A stretch of DNA of 64,000 nt, taken from NCBI GenBank assembly GCA_963760795.1, contig CAVXEP010000035.1, forward strand, positions 46,872 to 110,871, in the 5' to 3' direction. The DNA comes from an uncultured delta proteobacterium. GTDB lineage: Bacteria; Desulfobacterota; Binatia; UBA9968. The notes beneath the pieces are model-generated. The model ran no database searches and was not told the origin of the DNA. It worked only from the letters and a program-made list of their open reading frames with translations. Below, one piece after another: positions 18,488-28,423 of the stretch (within the stretch, counting starts at the first letter, position 1; each line of letters starts with the position of its first letter). A program made the position numbers and the translations under genes.

Positions 18488-19119
18488 ATTCGTGACCCTT
18501 AGTGTCGCTGGGCGACCGGTGCGGCGCGCTCGATTCTCGACGCGCGCCGTGCCGGGTACGGCAATTCATTGTGGATAAATGGCATCGTCCGAAGTTTAGA
18601 GTTTTTTTCGCGGCGATTGTTGGTTTTGCGCTATGCACTGTCAGTCCACCGGGCACCGACGAAGCCGCCAAAGCCAAAGAAATTCAGCGCGCCGCTCGCG
18701 TTGCCATCCGACGCACGAGCCGATTGGCGCCAGTGGGATTTCTCGGTGCCGGCGACAAATCGCAACCAGCCAGTGCTTACTTTTTTCGAGCTAGTGCCTA
18801 ACCGCCGCCGGACTCACCGGTATGGTTAAAAATTTAAGTATTAGGTCGATTTTTGCCCGACAGTTATCTAACGCCAATGCCTACTTGATTTCGCCATGGG
18901 TCTGTTAGATCGATCGCGGCGGACAGCTAACTCCGCGAAACCACAACGGTTAACGCGGATTGGCGTTTATCACGAAAGCCCCCCTTTCGCGGCCCTAACA
19001 TGCCGCGCGCAAGATCGATTTGACGCCGTCAGTAAACCCGCTCTGCGCTACTTAATCGGACAGGACTTAGAAGTAATCAATAGGCCACGTACGGCGTTTG
19101 AAAGAATTCGGGTTTTTTC

Positions 19120-19155
19120 TTGACAAACTTCGGCCCGTATATTAATTTGGCCGAA
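19120..19155 (+). promoter_or_regulatory. sigma70 promoter overlapped by an inverted repeat
   Basis: TTGACA-17 bp-TAATTT; TTCGGCC-13 bp-GGCCGAA brackets the -10. Confidence 0.55.
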
Positions 19156-19183
19156 ATTTCGTATTTTCGCATGGGAGGCAGAG

Positions 19184-19915
19184 ATGACGAATTCAAACAA
19201 ATATCTAGCGTTAACCGCGCTAGGTTTCTTCATGACCGGTTGTACCGGCCTGACGAAGAATCAAGCAGCATTAGTGGGTGCAACAGTCTGCGGTTTGGGC
19301 GGCGCTGGCGCCGGCGCTGCTACCGCGCATATGGGTGTTAATGGAAGTCACGTAAATGAAGGGATCGGCGCGGCGATCGGCTTGGTTAGCGGCGCACTCA
19401 TTTGTGGCGGTCTGGCGTATTTGATGACAGAGAATCCTAAGCCACCACCACCGCCACCTCCTCCGCCACCACCACCGCCACCGCCACCTCCTCCGCCACC
19501 ACCACCGGCTCCGAAGCCGCCGCCACCGCCGCCACCACCGGCGCCCAAGCCAGAGCCGAAGCCTGCGCCTAAGGTTGAGCGGACGATCATTCTCGATGAC
19601 GTGCTCTTCGACTTCGACAAGAGCAATGTGAAGCCGGAAGCGGCGGCGATCTTGGATCGTTTAGTTGCTTTCATGAAAGAGAACGCAGAGAAGAAGGCTA
19701 ACCTTTCCGGTCATACTGATAATGTCGGCAGTGACGCCTATAACCAGGCGCTTTCCGAGCGGCGCACCGCTTCGGTTAAGGACTATGTCGTCGGCAAGGG
19801 TGTCGATGGCGGTCGAGTTTCCGGACAGGGGTTTGGCGAGAGCAAGCCGATCGCGGATAACAAAACCGCGGAAGGTCGCTCCAAGAATCGCCGGGTCGAA
19901 ATTAAGGTCAACTAA
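19184..19915 (+). CDS. OmpA-family lipoprotein with glycine zipper and poly-proline linker
   Basis: Lipobox MTGC, Gly-rich helices, long Pro run, VLFDFDKS, GHTD..G...YN..LS.RR, KNRRVEI. Confidence 0.92.
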   Translation: MTNSNKYLALTALGFFMTGCTGLTKNQAALVGATVCGLGGAGAGAATAHMGVNGSHVNEGIGAAIGLVSGALICGGLAYLMTENPKPPPPPPPPPPPPPPPPPPPPPPAPKPPPPPPPPAPKPEPKPAPKVERTIILDDVLFDFDKSNVKPEAAAILDRLVAFMKENAEKKANLSGHTDNVGSDAYNQALSERRTASVKDYVVGKGVDGGRVSGQGFGESKPIADNKTAEGRSKNRRVEIKVN

Positions 19916-19938
19916 ACTTCTCTAACGAGATTTCAACC

Positions 19939-20322
19939 ATGCGGATGCCAGGAAAGACACTGAGTGCTCTCTTCCTGGCATCCGCATTTTTGTTTCCAGC
20001 CTTAGCCGATGCCCAGGTCTTTAACTTCAAAGAGATCGAAGCCAAGGTGCGCGAGTTTCGCACCCTGCTAGATCAAGCGGGCTCCAGCGGTACCCGTTTC
20101 TGGACCAGACTCGATAGCAGCAAGCGGCCGCATAAGCTTTACGTCGGCGACGGATTCATCAACGCCGATGACGAGGCTAAGGAAAACTTCATTGAACTCT
20201 TTTCCCGGTTTCTTGCCGGCCATCCGGAAAAAAACATGCTCATCGATATCTACGATGCGAGCACGAGTAATCTCATCGGTGAGTATGGGTTCGGTGGTTT
20301 TCGCCTGTTTCCACCAAAGTAG
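19939..20322 (+). CDS. Hypothetical exported protein
   Basis: Signal peptide (ADA-Q); 23 nt downstream of the OmpA gene. Confidence 0.65.
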   Translation: MRMPGKTLSALFLASAFLFPALADAQVFNFKEIEAKVREFRTLLDQAGSSGTRFWTRLDSSKRPHKLYVGDGFINADDEAKENFIELFSRFLAGHPEKNMLIDIYDASTSNLIGEYGFGGFRLFPPK

Positions 20323-20445
20323 ATATTTCGCCAGCGCTTTCTGAGCTGGCGCATTCTTCATTCTCTGATCACTTTAGTTTCTGGATCACCCCCTAGATTG
20401 GCAACTTGTTTTGTCCGGTCTATTTCAATAGCTTGTACGCATCGC

Positions 20446-21774
20446 ATGGACCGGTCAATCGAGCAGCTGCGCTTGGACGCCGCGGCTATTTTCAACGTCG
20501 CTGTAAAGGCTGTTGACGCTGCCAATGCCGTCAAGCGCCATGTGCACATGAGTGGGACAGCGATCGAAATTGCAGGTAGACGATATCCCTTCGCGGACTT
20601 TCGCAGAATCTTTATCGTCGGCGCCGGCAAAGCTGCCATGCCGATGGCGCGGGCTATGGAGACGTTGCTCGGCGAGCGGGTCACGGGCGGCATCGTCGTG
20701 ACCAAGTATGGCCAAGCCCAGTTGCTGCAAAAAGTTCGTGTCATCGAAGCCGCTCATCCAATTCCTGATCCTGCGGGCTTGGCAGGCGCGCGCCTGATTG
20801 CCGCCATCGCTCGGGAGGCAACTGTTCATGATCTAGTTTTTGTCGTGCTATCCGGTGGCGCTTCAGCGCTGTTGCCCTATCCGATCGACGGTTTGACGTT
20901 GGCGGATAAGCAATCAGTCACGCAGTTGCTCTTGCACAGCGGCGCAACCATCCAAGAGATCAATGCCGTGCGCCGCCATCTGTCCGAGATCAAGGGCGGA
21001 AAACTTGCCCGGATGGCGTTCCCCGCTCAAGTGGTCACGCTGATCTTGTCCGACGTCATTGGCGACAGACTGGAAGATATCGCTTCCGGACCGACGGCGC
21101 CGGACCCGAGCCGTTACCGAGACTGCTTGGAGATAATGCGCAAGTACCGGCTGCAAGAATCAATACCAGCGGCGGCACGGGCGATTCTTGAACGCGGCAG
21201 CCAAGGTGAGATCGCTGAAACAGTTAAGCTCGATGATCCAGTATTCACCCTTGTGCACAATGTAATTGTCGGCAGCAATTGTCTCGCGACTGAGGCGGCG
21301 CGATTCTATGCGGAAAGCTTGGGATATCGAGCGACGATTCTATCAAATGCAATTCAAGGCGAAAGCCGCGAGGTCGCCAAGCGACACACGGCGCTGCTGA
21401 CGAAAGCTTTGGCTGAATCGCTGCGAGAACCCACATGTTTCATATCGGGCGGTGAGACGACAGTTACGGTACGCGGCGACGGCATGGGCGGGCGCAACCA
21501 GGAGTTTGCTCTCGCTGCCGCGCTTGGTATCGCCGATGTCGGTGGAGGGGTTGTGCTCAGCGCCGGGACCGATGGTATCGATGGGCCGACTGACGCTGCC
21601 GGTGCGGTTGTCGACGGCGCGACAATTACGCGCGGTCGTTCGAAAGGCTGCGACGCGGCGGAATTTTTGGCACGTAACGACAGCCATAGTTATTTAAGCG
21701 CCACTGGCGATTTACTGATCACCGGGCCAACCCACACCAACGTTATGGATATCCAGGTGATGTTGGCGGGATAA
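20446..21774 (+). CDS. Glycerate kinase type 2 (MOFRL/TtuD family)
   Basis: VGAGKAA, HPIPD, SGGASAL, KGG, SDVIGD..IASGPT, GGETTV..G.GGRNQE, GTDG.DG, TGPT.TNV.D; start set at ATG 20446. Confidence 0.92.
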   Translation: MDRSIEQLRLDAAAIFNVAVKAVDAANAVKRHVHMSGTAIEIAGRRYPFADFRRIFIVGAGKAAMPMARAMETLLGERVTGGIVVTKYGQAQLLQKVRVIEAAHPIPDPAGLAGARLIAAIAREATVHDLVFVVLSGGASALLPYPIDGLTLADKQSVTQLLLHSGATIQEINAVRRHLSEIKGGKLARMAFPAQVVTLILSDVIGDRLEDIASGPTAPDPSRYRDCLEIMRKYRLQESIPAAARAILERGSQGEIAETVKLDDPVFTLVHNVIVGSNCLATEAARFYAESLGYRATILSNAIQGESREVAKRHTALLTKALAESLREPTCFISGGETTVTVRGDGMGGRNQEFALAAALGIADVGGGVVLSAGTDGIDGPTDAAGAVVDGATITRGRSKGCDAAEFLARNDSHSYLSATGDLLITGPTHTNVMDIQVMLAG

Positions 21775-21996
21775 TCTTTGATGTAACGATGAGTAATTCG
21801 ATCGATGCACACGTGACAGTCAGGACCACGGGCGTAGGGCCAGAATTCACTGGTAAAACTCTCTCTGCGAGGGCTCAGGCGGGCGCCGCAGTGGGAAATT
21901 TTTCGCCAATTGACTATTGATTTGGAAATTCGTTCATGATTAGAGTCCATTTTTCGCAGCCTTGGCCTTGGAAAAAACCGTTTGTGGAGTAGGACG

Positions 21997-22209
21997 ATGA
22001 TTGACGTAAGTTTGAAGGGAGTTCGCTGCCGCGCAGCGCAGGAGATCCTCGATATCGAAGGTACGGTCAGTGCCTCGACCGAAGGCACGATAATTTATGA
22101 GTTGGAAGGCGAAGGTGGACAACTAGTTAACGTGCATTGGGACGATGGCAGCCGCTCGCTGGTGTCATCCGAAGAAATCGTCATTACCGATCTGGTTACT
22201 TGGCAATAG
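21997..22209 (+). CDS. Small hypothetical protein (SH3-like barrel)
   Basis: GGAG/AGGA RBS, 70 aa with EGTII...LVNVHWDDG. Confidence 0.6.
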   Translation: MIDVSLKGVRCRAAQEILDIEGTVSASTEGTIIYELEGEGGQLVNVHWDDGSRSLVSSEEIVITDLVTWQ

Positions 22210-22395
22210 CATTGCGCTTATTCGCAACCTGGCCGCGGCCAGCTAGATCTCAATTCGATTGACGACTTTTTTGTCTCCGGTATCGCCATCGCAGGGCTGA
22301 AGAACAAACCTATCTAACGCGACTCACTCTCAATTCTCTTGAAGTGAACTCGAAGGACTCCACTGACTTGACGGGACTCCACGCCGGCAATTCTG

Positions 22396-23385
22396 TTAGA
22401 TAGATTTGCTAGAACTTTGCGTTAGACCGAAATCGGCAAGATCCGACGCGGTGACGCGAACCTCGGAAGCGGGCAAGCGAGACATATCGAAACGGGCAAT
22501 CAGCTCCTCGGCGTGAACTCGTGCTGGTGCATCAATGGCTGCGCTACGCGCAACCCATGCGACGATTTGCCGTGGATCGGTGCCGGCGGCGCGCAGTCGG
22601 GCGAGCGAAACGTCGTCGCTGCGTTTGGCCAGGCGGCGTCCCAACGGGTCGGTGACGAGCGGCACATGCCACCATCGTGGATGTTCGTAGCCTAGCGCTT
22701 CCTGCAATAACCATTGGCGGGCGCAGCTTGCGAGCAGGTCGGCACCACGAACGATCTCGGTGACGCCTTGGCGCGCGTCGTCGACGACCGCTGCGAGTTG
22801 GTACGACGGCATGCCGAGGCGGCGGAGAACGGGAAAGTCGCCGATTTCTTTGCTCACGTCGAACTCATGCACACCAAGAATGCCGTCTGCGATACGCACG
22901 AGCATCTTCGGCACGGCAAAGCGCAAGGCGGCGGGCCGGCCGGATTCCTGTTCGGCCACGGCCAGACTTCGGTACCGGCCACGACAAGTGCCCGGATAAA
23001 TCGCGTCGATTTGTTCGCCCTGGGGGGCCGACATGGCCGCTTCGATCTCGCTCCGGGTGCAGGTGCATGGGTAGGCGAGGCCGTGATCGATGAGCGCTCC
23101 AGCGGCGGCATTGATTGCGTCGACGCCGCTCGACTGCACATAGGGTTCGCCGTCCCAGTCGAGGCCGAGCCAGCGCAGATCCTCGATCGTGGCTTCAAGC
23201 ATGCCTGGCTTGACGCGCTCAATGTCGAGATCCTCCAAGCGCAAGACGATACGGCTGCCGCGTGAACGCGCATGCCACCACGCAAGCAGGAACGAACGCG
23301 CGTGCCCCAGGTGCAGATAGCCGGTGGGACTCGGTGCCAAGCGGCCGACGATCTGTGTGTTTACAATATTGCGGGGACCGTCCAT
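22396..23385 (-). CDS. gluQ: Glutamyl-queuosine tRNA(Asp) synthetase
   Basis: GRLAPSPTGYLHLGH, LRLEDLD, CTCTR..YPGTC zinc site, YQLA.VVDD, RLAKR; lacks the GluRS anticodon-binding domain. Confidence 0.9.
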   Translation of the reverse strand: MDGPRNIVNTQIVGRLAPSPTGYLHLGHARSFLLAWWHARSRGSRIVLRLEDLDIERVKPGMLEATIEDLRWLGLDWDGEPYVQSSGVDAINAAAGALIDHGLAYPCTCTRSEIEAAMSAPQGEQIDAIYPGTCRGRYRSLAVAEQESGRPAALRFAVPKMLVRIADGILGVHEFDVSKEIGDFPVLRRLGMPSYQLAAVVDDARQGVTEIVRGADLLASCARQWLLQEALGYEHPRWWHVPLVTDPLGRRLAKRSDDVSLARLRAAGTDPRQIVAWVARSAAIDAPARVHAEELIARFDMSRLPASEVRVTASDLADFGLTQSSSKSI

Positions 23386-23434
23386 TCGACCTAAAAAGAT
23401 CAGTTGCCGCTCGAAAAATTAAATGTCGGGGTGG

Positions 23435-23450
23435 TGCGAGTTAAGTGCCA
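23435..23450 (-). promoter_or_regulatory. Candidate sigma54 (-24/-12) promoter upstream of gluQ
   Basis: Minus strand TGGCAC-TTAAC-TCGCA (GG-N10-GC), about 50 nt before the ATG. Confidence 0.5.
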
Positions 23451-23673
23451 TTTAGGTTGGCAGCGAGAGTGCTTCAGACAATTCTGACAGACCTGACAAA
23501 GTCCTCGTACCCCGAAGATTTACCATGAGCGACCGTGGCGAAAGTCGCCTTGCCAGACTGATGTGACATTGAACTGCGCCGCTGTTGGAGGTTTGAGTTT
23601 AATAGACGTGAAGCAGCCGAGCTGATTAAGGCTTAATGGCTTGGCACACGCTACGGTGAGATCGGCTATTTGA

Positions 23674-24132
23674 CTAAAAGGTATCGTCTTCGGCGTCGGT
23701 GGCGTCGAGCCGACGGTAGCTGCGCTCGTTCTCCAGGGTCTTTTGCCGCTTGCTTTCCTTCTCGTTCTCTTCCTGGCAGCGGACACAGAGGCGGGTGAAG
23801 GGCAGGACTTTGAGCCGTCCCAACTGGATTTCCCCCTCGCAGCTCTCGCATAAACCATAGGTCTTTTCGGAGATGCGCTGCAAAGCTTCATCGATGGCGT
23901 GGAGCTTTTCGCGCTCGCGATCGTTCAAGATGAAATTTATTTCCCGGTCACGCTCGTCGCTGGCAAGATCGTAGGTGTCGCGTCCTTCATCTTTGGAACC
24001 TTCGGTCTCGCCTTTGACGCGACCGCGCATTTCCTTCATCAAGGAGCGCTTCATCTCCTGGAGCATATCGGAGGCCTGCTTCAAGAAGTCTCTTCGCTGT
24101 TTCTTTTCTTTGTCTGCGTCGGCTTTAGCCAT
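23674..24132 (-). CDS. dksA: DksA/TraR-family C4 zinc-finger transcription factor
   Basis: DxxDxA tip (DTYDLA), IDEALQRI..TYGLCESC...RL..LP...LCVRC. Confidence 0.8.
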   Translation of the reverse strand: MAKADADKEKKQRRDFLKQASDMLQEMKRSLMKEMRGRVKGETEGSKDEGRDTYDLASDERDREINFILNDREREKLHAIDEALQRISEKTYGLCESCEGEIQLGRLKVLPFTRLCVRCQEENEKESKRQKTLENERSYRRLDATDAEDDTF

Positions 24133-25480
24133 GGAGTGTCTCACCTATCAGGTCATAATCGGATGCGCCAGTGATTTTTACATCCAGCATAGCGCCAGCG
24201 TTGGCCGGAGTGCCCGGCTTTGATTCGAAGTCTTCTATAAAGACAAGACCGTCGACCTCCGGCGCATGGGCCTCGGTTCGACCGGTCAGTTGGCCCGAAT
24301 CTGGATCAACGCCATCGATCATAACTCGCTGAATAGTGCCAATCAAGTCCTGATTCTTTTTCCGCGAAACCGCGGCTTGGATATCCATCACTTCCTGCCA
24401 GCGGTTTTCCTTTTCCTCTTCGCTGACCTTGCCGTCGAGCTTGGCGGCGCTAGTGCCCTCTTCCTCGGAGTATTTGAATACCCCCAGCCGGTCGAATTTC
24501 GCGGCGTCGACAAAATCCAAGAGCTCGGCGAAATCCTCATCGGTTTCGCCGGGAAAGCCGACAATCATCGAAGTCCGCAGCGTCAATCCGGGAATCGCCT
24601 GGCGCAGTTGCTCAACAGTTTGGCGCACCGCGCTGCCGCTTTTGCCGCGGCGCATGCGCTGCAGCAGCCGGGGGCTGATATGCTGAAAGGGGATATCGAC
24701 ATATTTGCAGATCTTGCCGGCGTTAGCGATCAGATCGAGCAGTTCTGTATCTAGAAAGTTGGGATAGGAGTAGAGCAGGCGCACCCACTCGATGTCATCG
24801 ACCTGGGCAATCTCGCGCAACAGGCGGTAGAGCGTCGTACCGTCCTTGCGGTCCCGTCCAAAGGCGGTCAGATCCTGGGCGATCAGGTTGATTTCCTTGA
24901 CTCCAGCTTGGGCGAGCTGTTGGGTCTCGGTAACCACCGACTCGATGCTGCGGCTGCGGTGCGGACCGCGTAGCTGCGGGATGATGCAGAAGGCACATTT
25001 GTGGTCGCATCCTTCGGAGACTTTCACAAACGCGGTATGGGATGGCGTCGACCGGGTTCGCGGCGTGGCATGGTCGTAGATGTAACTCGGCAAGCCGACA
25101 TATTGGCGCTGCCGGGTCGCTGCATGCTCGCGCAAGATTTCGGCGATGCGCGGCACTTCACCGGTGCCGATGAATAGATCGACCTCCGAGAGTTCGGCCG
25201 CGAGCTCGGCAGGATAGCGTTGTGAAAGACAACCGGCGACCACCAGCTTTTTTAGCTTGCCGGATTCCTTGAGGCGGCCGATCTCGACGATGGTATCGAT
25301 GGACTCTTCCTTGGCGGCGCCGATAAAGCCGCAGGTGTTGACCATGACGATATCGGCATCGATCGGCTCCGCGACGATCTCGTAGTTGTTTTTCTGCAGC
25401 AGCCCGGCCATGACCTCGGAATCAACCAAGTTACGGGCGCAACCGAGGCTGACGATGCTGAATTTTTGTTTGGTCGTCAT
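24125..25480 (-). CDS. rimO: Ribosomal protein S12 methylthiotransferase
   Basis: SLGCARNLVDSE, NTCGFI..AKEESI, EGCDHKCAFC radical SAM motif, APEVDG TRAM domain. Confidence 0.95.
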   Translation of the reverse strand: MTTKQKFSIVSLGCARNLVDSEVMAGLLQKNNYEIVAEPIDADIVMVNTCGFIGAAKEESIDTIVEIGRLKESGKLKKLVVAGCLSQRYPAELAAELSEVDLFIGTGEVPRIAEILREHAATRQRQYVGLPSYIYDHATPRTRSTPSHTAFVKVSEGCDHKCAFCIIPQLRGPHRSRSIESVVTETQQLAQAGVKEINLIAQDLTAFGRDRKDGTTLYRLLREIAQVDDIEWVRLLYSYPNFLDTELLDLIANAGKICKYVDIPFQHISPRLLQRMRRGKSGSAVRQTVEQLRQAIPGLTLRTSMIVGFPGETDEDFAELLDFVDAAKFDRLGVFKYSEEEGTSAAKLDGKVSEEEKENRWQEVMDIQAAVSRKKNQDLIGTIQRVMIDGVDPDSGQLTGRTEAHAPEVDGLVFIEDFESKPGTPANAGAMLDVKITGASDYDLIGETLHG

Positions 25481-26163
25481 TGGCCTAGTTCGACGATATC
25501 GGCGCCGTTGGGGATCTGCACCTGAAACAGGGAATCTTTGATGCCGACGCCCTTGCGCATGGCGGAAAAGCGCAATGTGGTCAGATTGCTGGCGGCATCG
25601 CGCACGCTGACCCAGAGGATGTCAGAGGTCGCTTTGCTGGTGCCGATGAGAATCTCGTTCTGGCCGCCAGCCTCGCCCTTGGGTTCCAGTCTCAGGACGT
25701 TTTGGCTTTCCTCGCTCGCTTTGAGGGTGGTGTTGAAATCTTTCTTGAGATTGCCGAGGCCCAACAAAAACGACAGCGGAATATCGCCGCGAAAGGCGTT
25801 TTTGAGCGGGCTCTTGATCACTTGATTCTGCTCGGGCTGGTAGAAATACAGGTGCTTGCCGTCGGCCAGCACGAACTGTCCCTTGGGCGTTTCGTAGGTC
25901 CAGAGCATTTTGCCGGGGCGCTTGAACGACACCTTGCCCGACGCCTTGAGACTCCGGCCGAGAGTCTTGACATCGGTTTCCTGGCGAAAGTCGGCGACGA
26001 AGTCGACGGTGGCATCGTAGCTTCGCTGCAACGCGTCGACGATCGGTTCGGCGCTGTTGGTCTCTGCGGCACGGCTGGACTGAAGATTCACCGTTGCAAC
26101 GAAGCCCGAGCCGAGCAGGATCGCCCAAAGGATTTGCCTAGTCTTCTTCGATCTTTTGCGCAT
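25477..26163 (-). CDS. lolA: Outer-membrane lipoprotein carrier protein
   Basis: ADFRQ...SGKV.FKRPGKM.W.Y..P..Q..LADG..LYFY.P..NQV; follows ftsK; start uncertain. Confidence 0.85.
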   Translation of the reverse strand: MRKRSKKTRQILWAILLGSGFVATVNLQSSRAAETNSAEPIVDALQRSYDATVDFVADFRQETDVKTLGRSLKASGKVSFKRPGKMLWTYETPKGQFVLADGKHLYFYQPEQNQVIKSPLKNAFRGDIPLSFLLGLGNLKKDFNTTLKASEESQNVLRLEPKGEAGGQNEILIGTSKATSDILWVSVRDAASNLTTLRFSAMRKGVGIKDSLFQVQIPNGADIVELGQ

Positions 26164-28411
26164 AAACTTCTCTCGCTTTGGCGCCGTCAGCGGGACCAAT
26201 GACGCCGTCGCGTTCCATCACTTCGACCATCCGCGCAGCGCGGTTGTACCCTACACGCAATCGCCGCTGAATCATAGAGATGGACGCCTGCCGGGTCTCG
26301 GTGACGATGGCGACCGCCTGGTCATACATTTCGTCGTATTCTTCATCGGCGGCAGCCGCGGCTTCGACTTCTTTTTTGGCTTCAAGAATATCGGTCCGGT
26401 AGTTGGGCCTGCCCTGTTGCTTGATGAATTTCATCACTTTGCGCACTTCTTGGTCGGAGACGAAGGCGCCATGGATGCGGGTTAGCCGCGCCGTTCCCGG
26501 CGGCAGGAAGAGCATGTCGCCGTTGCCGAGGAGTTTCTCACTGCCCATGGAGTCCAAGATCGTCCGCGAGTCGATGCGCGAGGTCACCTGAAACGAAATG
26601 CGCGCCGGAAAGTTGGCCTTGATCAGGCCGGTGATGACATCGACCGAGGGCCGTTGGGTGGCCAAGATCAAATGAATGCCCGCGGCGCGGGCTTTCTGCG
26701 CCAGGCGGGTAATGTATTCTTCGATGTCTCTGCCGACGGTCATCATGAGGTCGGCCAATTCATCGATAATGATGACGATGCGCGGCAGATGGCCGTGCAC
26801 CAACGGCGTGTCTTTCGACAGCCTGCCGCCGATCACCGGCGTTTCGTCCATCGGTTCCTCGTCCGTCAACCGGATCAAGTCCTTTTTGTTGCCCGACTCC
26901 TTCTCGATCGCCCGGTTGTAGCCGTCGATGTTGCGCACGGCTTTTTCCCTCATTAGCCGATAACGGCGATCCATTTCATCCATCGCCCAGAACAGCGCGG
27001 CGGCGGCCTTTTTCGGATCGGTGACCACCGGTACCAGCTGGTGCGGAATGTCTTCGTAAACGGTCAATTCCAGCATCTTGGGATCGACCATGATGAATTT
27101 GACGTCCTGCGGGCTCGACTTGAACAGCAGGCTCAGGATCATCGCGTTGATCGATACCGATTTGCCGGTGCCGGTGGCGCCGGCGACCAACAGATGGGGC
27201 ATTTTGGCAAGATCGGTGGAAAACGGCACGCCGCCGATGTCTTTGCCCAGCGCCAGGGTAATCTTTGAGTCGGCAGCGCGGTAGGATTCGCTCTCAATCA
27301 CTTCGCGCAAATACACGGTCTCGCGCCGCGGGTTGGGAATTTCGATACCGACCACCGATTCGCCGGGGATCGGCGCCAAGATGCGCACGCTGACGGCGCG
27401 CAGCGCCATGGCGAGGTCGTCGGCCAACATGACGATGCGCCGGACTTTGACGCCGGGCGCGGGCTTGAATTCGTACATGGTGATGACCGGGCCGGGACGC
27501 ACCGCGACGACTTCGCCTGCGACGCCAAAGTCTTCGAGTTTTTTTTGCAAGATCAGCGAGTTGGCGTGCAGGCTTTCTTTGTCGATAGTGACTTGCTGAT
27601 GTTCCGGCGGATCCAAAAGCTCCAGCGGCGGTAGTTTGTAACCCTCGCCGACCTCCGGGAGATTAAACTGTTCCGGCGCCGGCGCTGCCGGCTTTTTGGC
27701 TGGCTTTTTTACCACGAAGTCGAAGTCATTGATCGGATCGTCTCTGGTGACGATAGCCGGCGGGGTGTAGTCTTTTTTCTCTTTTTTGGTGTTCTCGCCT
27801 TTGCGTTTGTCGTGCTTTTCTTTGAGTTCCTTCATCCGGGCGTTAATCGCCGGCACCAAGGATTTCCTAAACTCGGCGAAATTCTTTTTGCTATGACCGA
27901 TCAGATCGAGCAGCGATTGCTGGGTCAGCAACATGATCGACAGGAGCAACATGAAGCAAGCGATCAACACCGCACTCAAGCGGCCGAACAACGGGATTAG
28001 AATACTTTCTTTGAGAAAGCCGCCGACAATGCCGCCGGCGTCGCGGGCGCTTTCGCTGTCGATGAGGACGCTCAGCAGGACTCCAATACTCAGCAGGAGA
28101 ACTGCGTAGGCTGAAGCGCGAGCCAACGAAATGCCATCGTAAGTGGCGCGAAACATTTGCACCGCGCCGGCGCCGAGAAACACCGGGACTAGATAAGAAG
28201 TCAGCCCCAGCCCCTGGAGCAGCAGGTCGGCGAGGAAGGCGCCGAGAAAGCCGCCCCAATTATGGGTGTCCACCGCGCCCGATGGCGTATTGAACGAGCG
28301 ATCACTGACGCTATAGGAAACCAAGCTGATGGCGATAAGCAGCGCCGTAAGCGCGATCACCACAGCCCAGATTTCCCGGTTGAGACGGCTCTTTTCGATG
28401 GCAGCTTGCAT
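26138..28411 (-). CDS. ftsK: DNA translocase FtsK
   Basis: 4TM N-terminus, PHLLVAGATGTGKS, IIIDELADLMM, ATQRPS, gamma domain QRRLRVGYNRAAR. Confidence 0.97.
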   Translation of the reverse strand: MQAAIEKSRLNREIWAVVIALTALLIAISLVSYSVSDRSFNTPSGAVDTHNWGGFLGAFLADLLLQGLGLTSYLVPVFLGAGAVQMFRATYDGISLARASAYAVLLLSIGVLLSVLIDSESARDAGGIVGGFLKESILIPLFGRLSAVLIACFMLLLSIMLLTQQSLLDLIGHSKKNFAEFRKSLVPAINARMKELKEKHDKRKGENTKKEKKDYTPPAIVTRDDPINDFDFVVKKPAKKPAAPAPEQFNLPEVGEGYKLPPLELLDPPEHQQVTIDKESLHANSLILQKKLEDFGVAGEVVAVRPGPVITMYEFKPAPGVKVRRIVMLADDLAMALRAVSVRILAPIPGESVVGIEIPNPRRETVYLREVIESESYRAADSKITLALGKDIGGVPFSTDLAKMPHLLVAGATGTGKSVSINAMILSLLFKSSPQDVKFIMVDPKMLELTVYEDIPHQLVPVVTDPKKAAAALFWAMDEMDRRYRLMREKAVRNIDGYNRAIEKESGNKKDLIRLTDEEPMDETPVIGGRLSKDTPLVHGHLPRIVIIIDELADLMMTVGRDIEEYITRLAQKARAAGIHLILATQRPSVDVITGLIKANFPARISFQVTSRIDSRTILDSMGSEKLLGNGDMLFLPPGTARLTRIHGAFVSDQEVRKVMKFIKQQGRPNYRTDILEAKKEVEAAAAADEEYDEMYDQAVAIVTETRQASISMIQRRLRVGYNRAARMVEVMERDGVIGPADGAKAREVYAQKIEED

Positions 28412-28423
28412 AGTTCGGTTTCC

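Noticed and set aside
18920-18940. GACAGCTAACTCCG matching the 3' part of the c-di-AMP (ydaO) riboswitch
   Set aside because: The upstream GCGGGGGA(A)CC and GGGGTGAA elements are absent.
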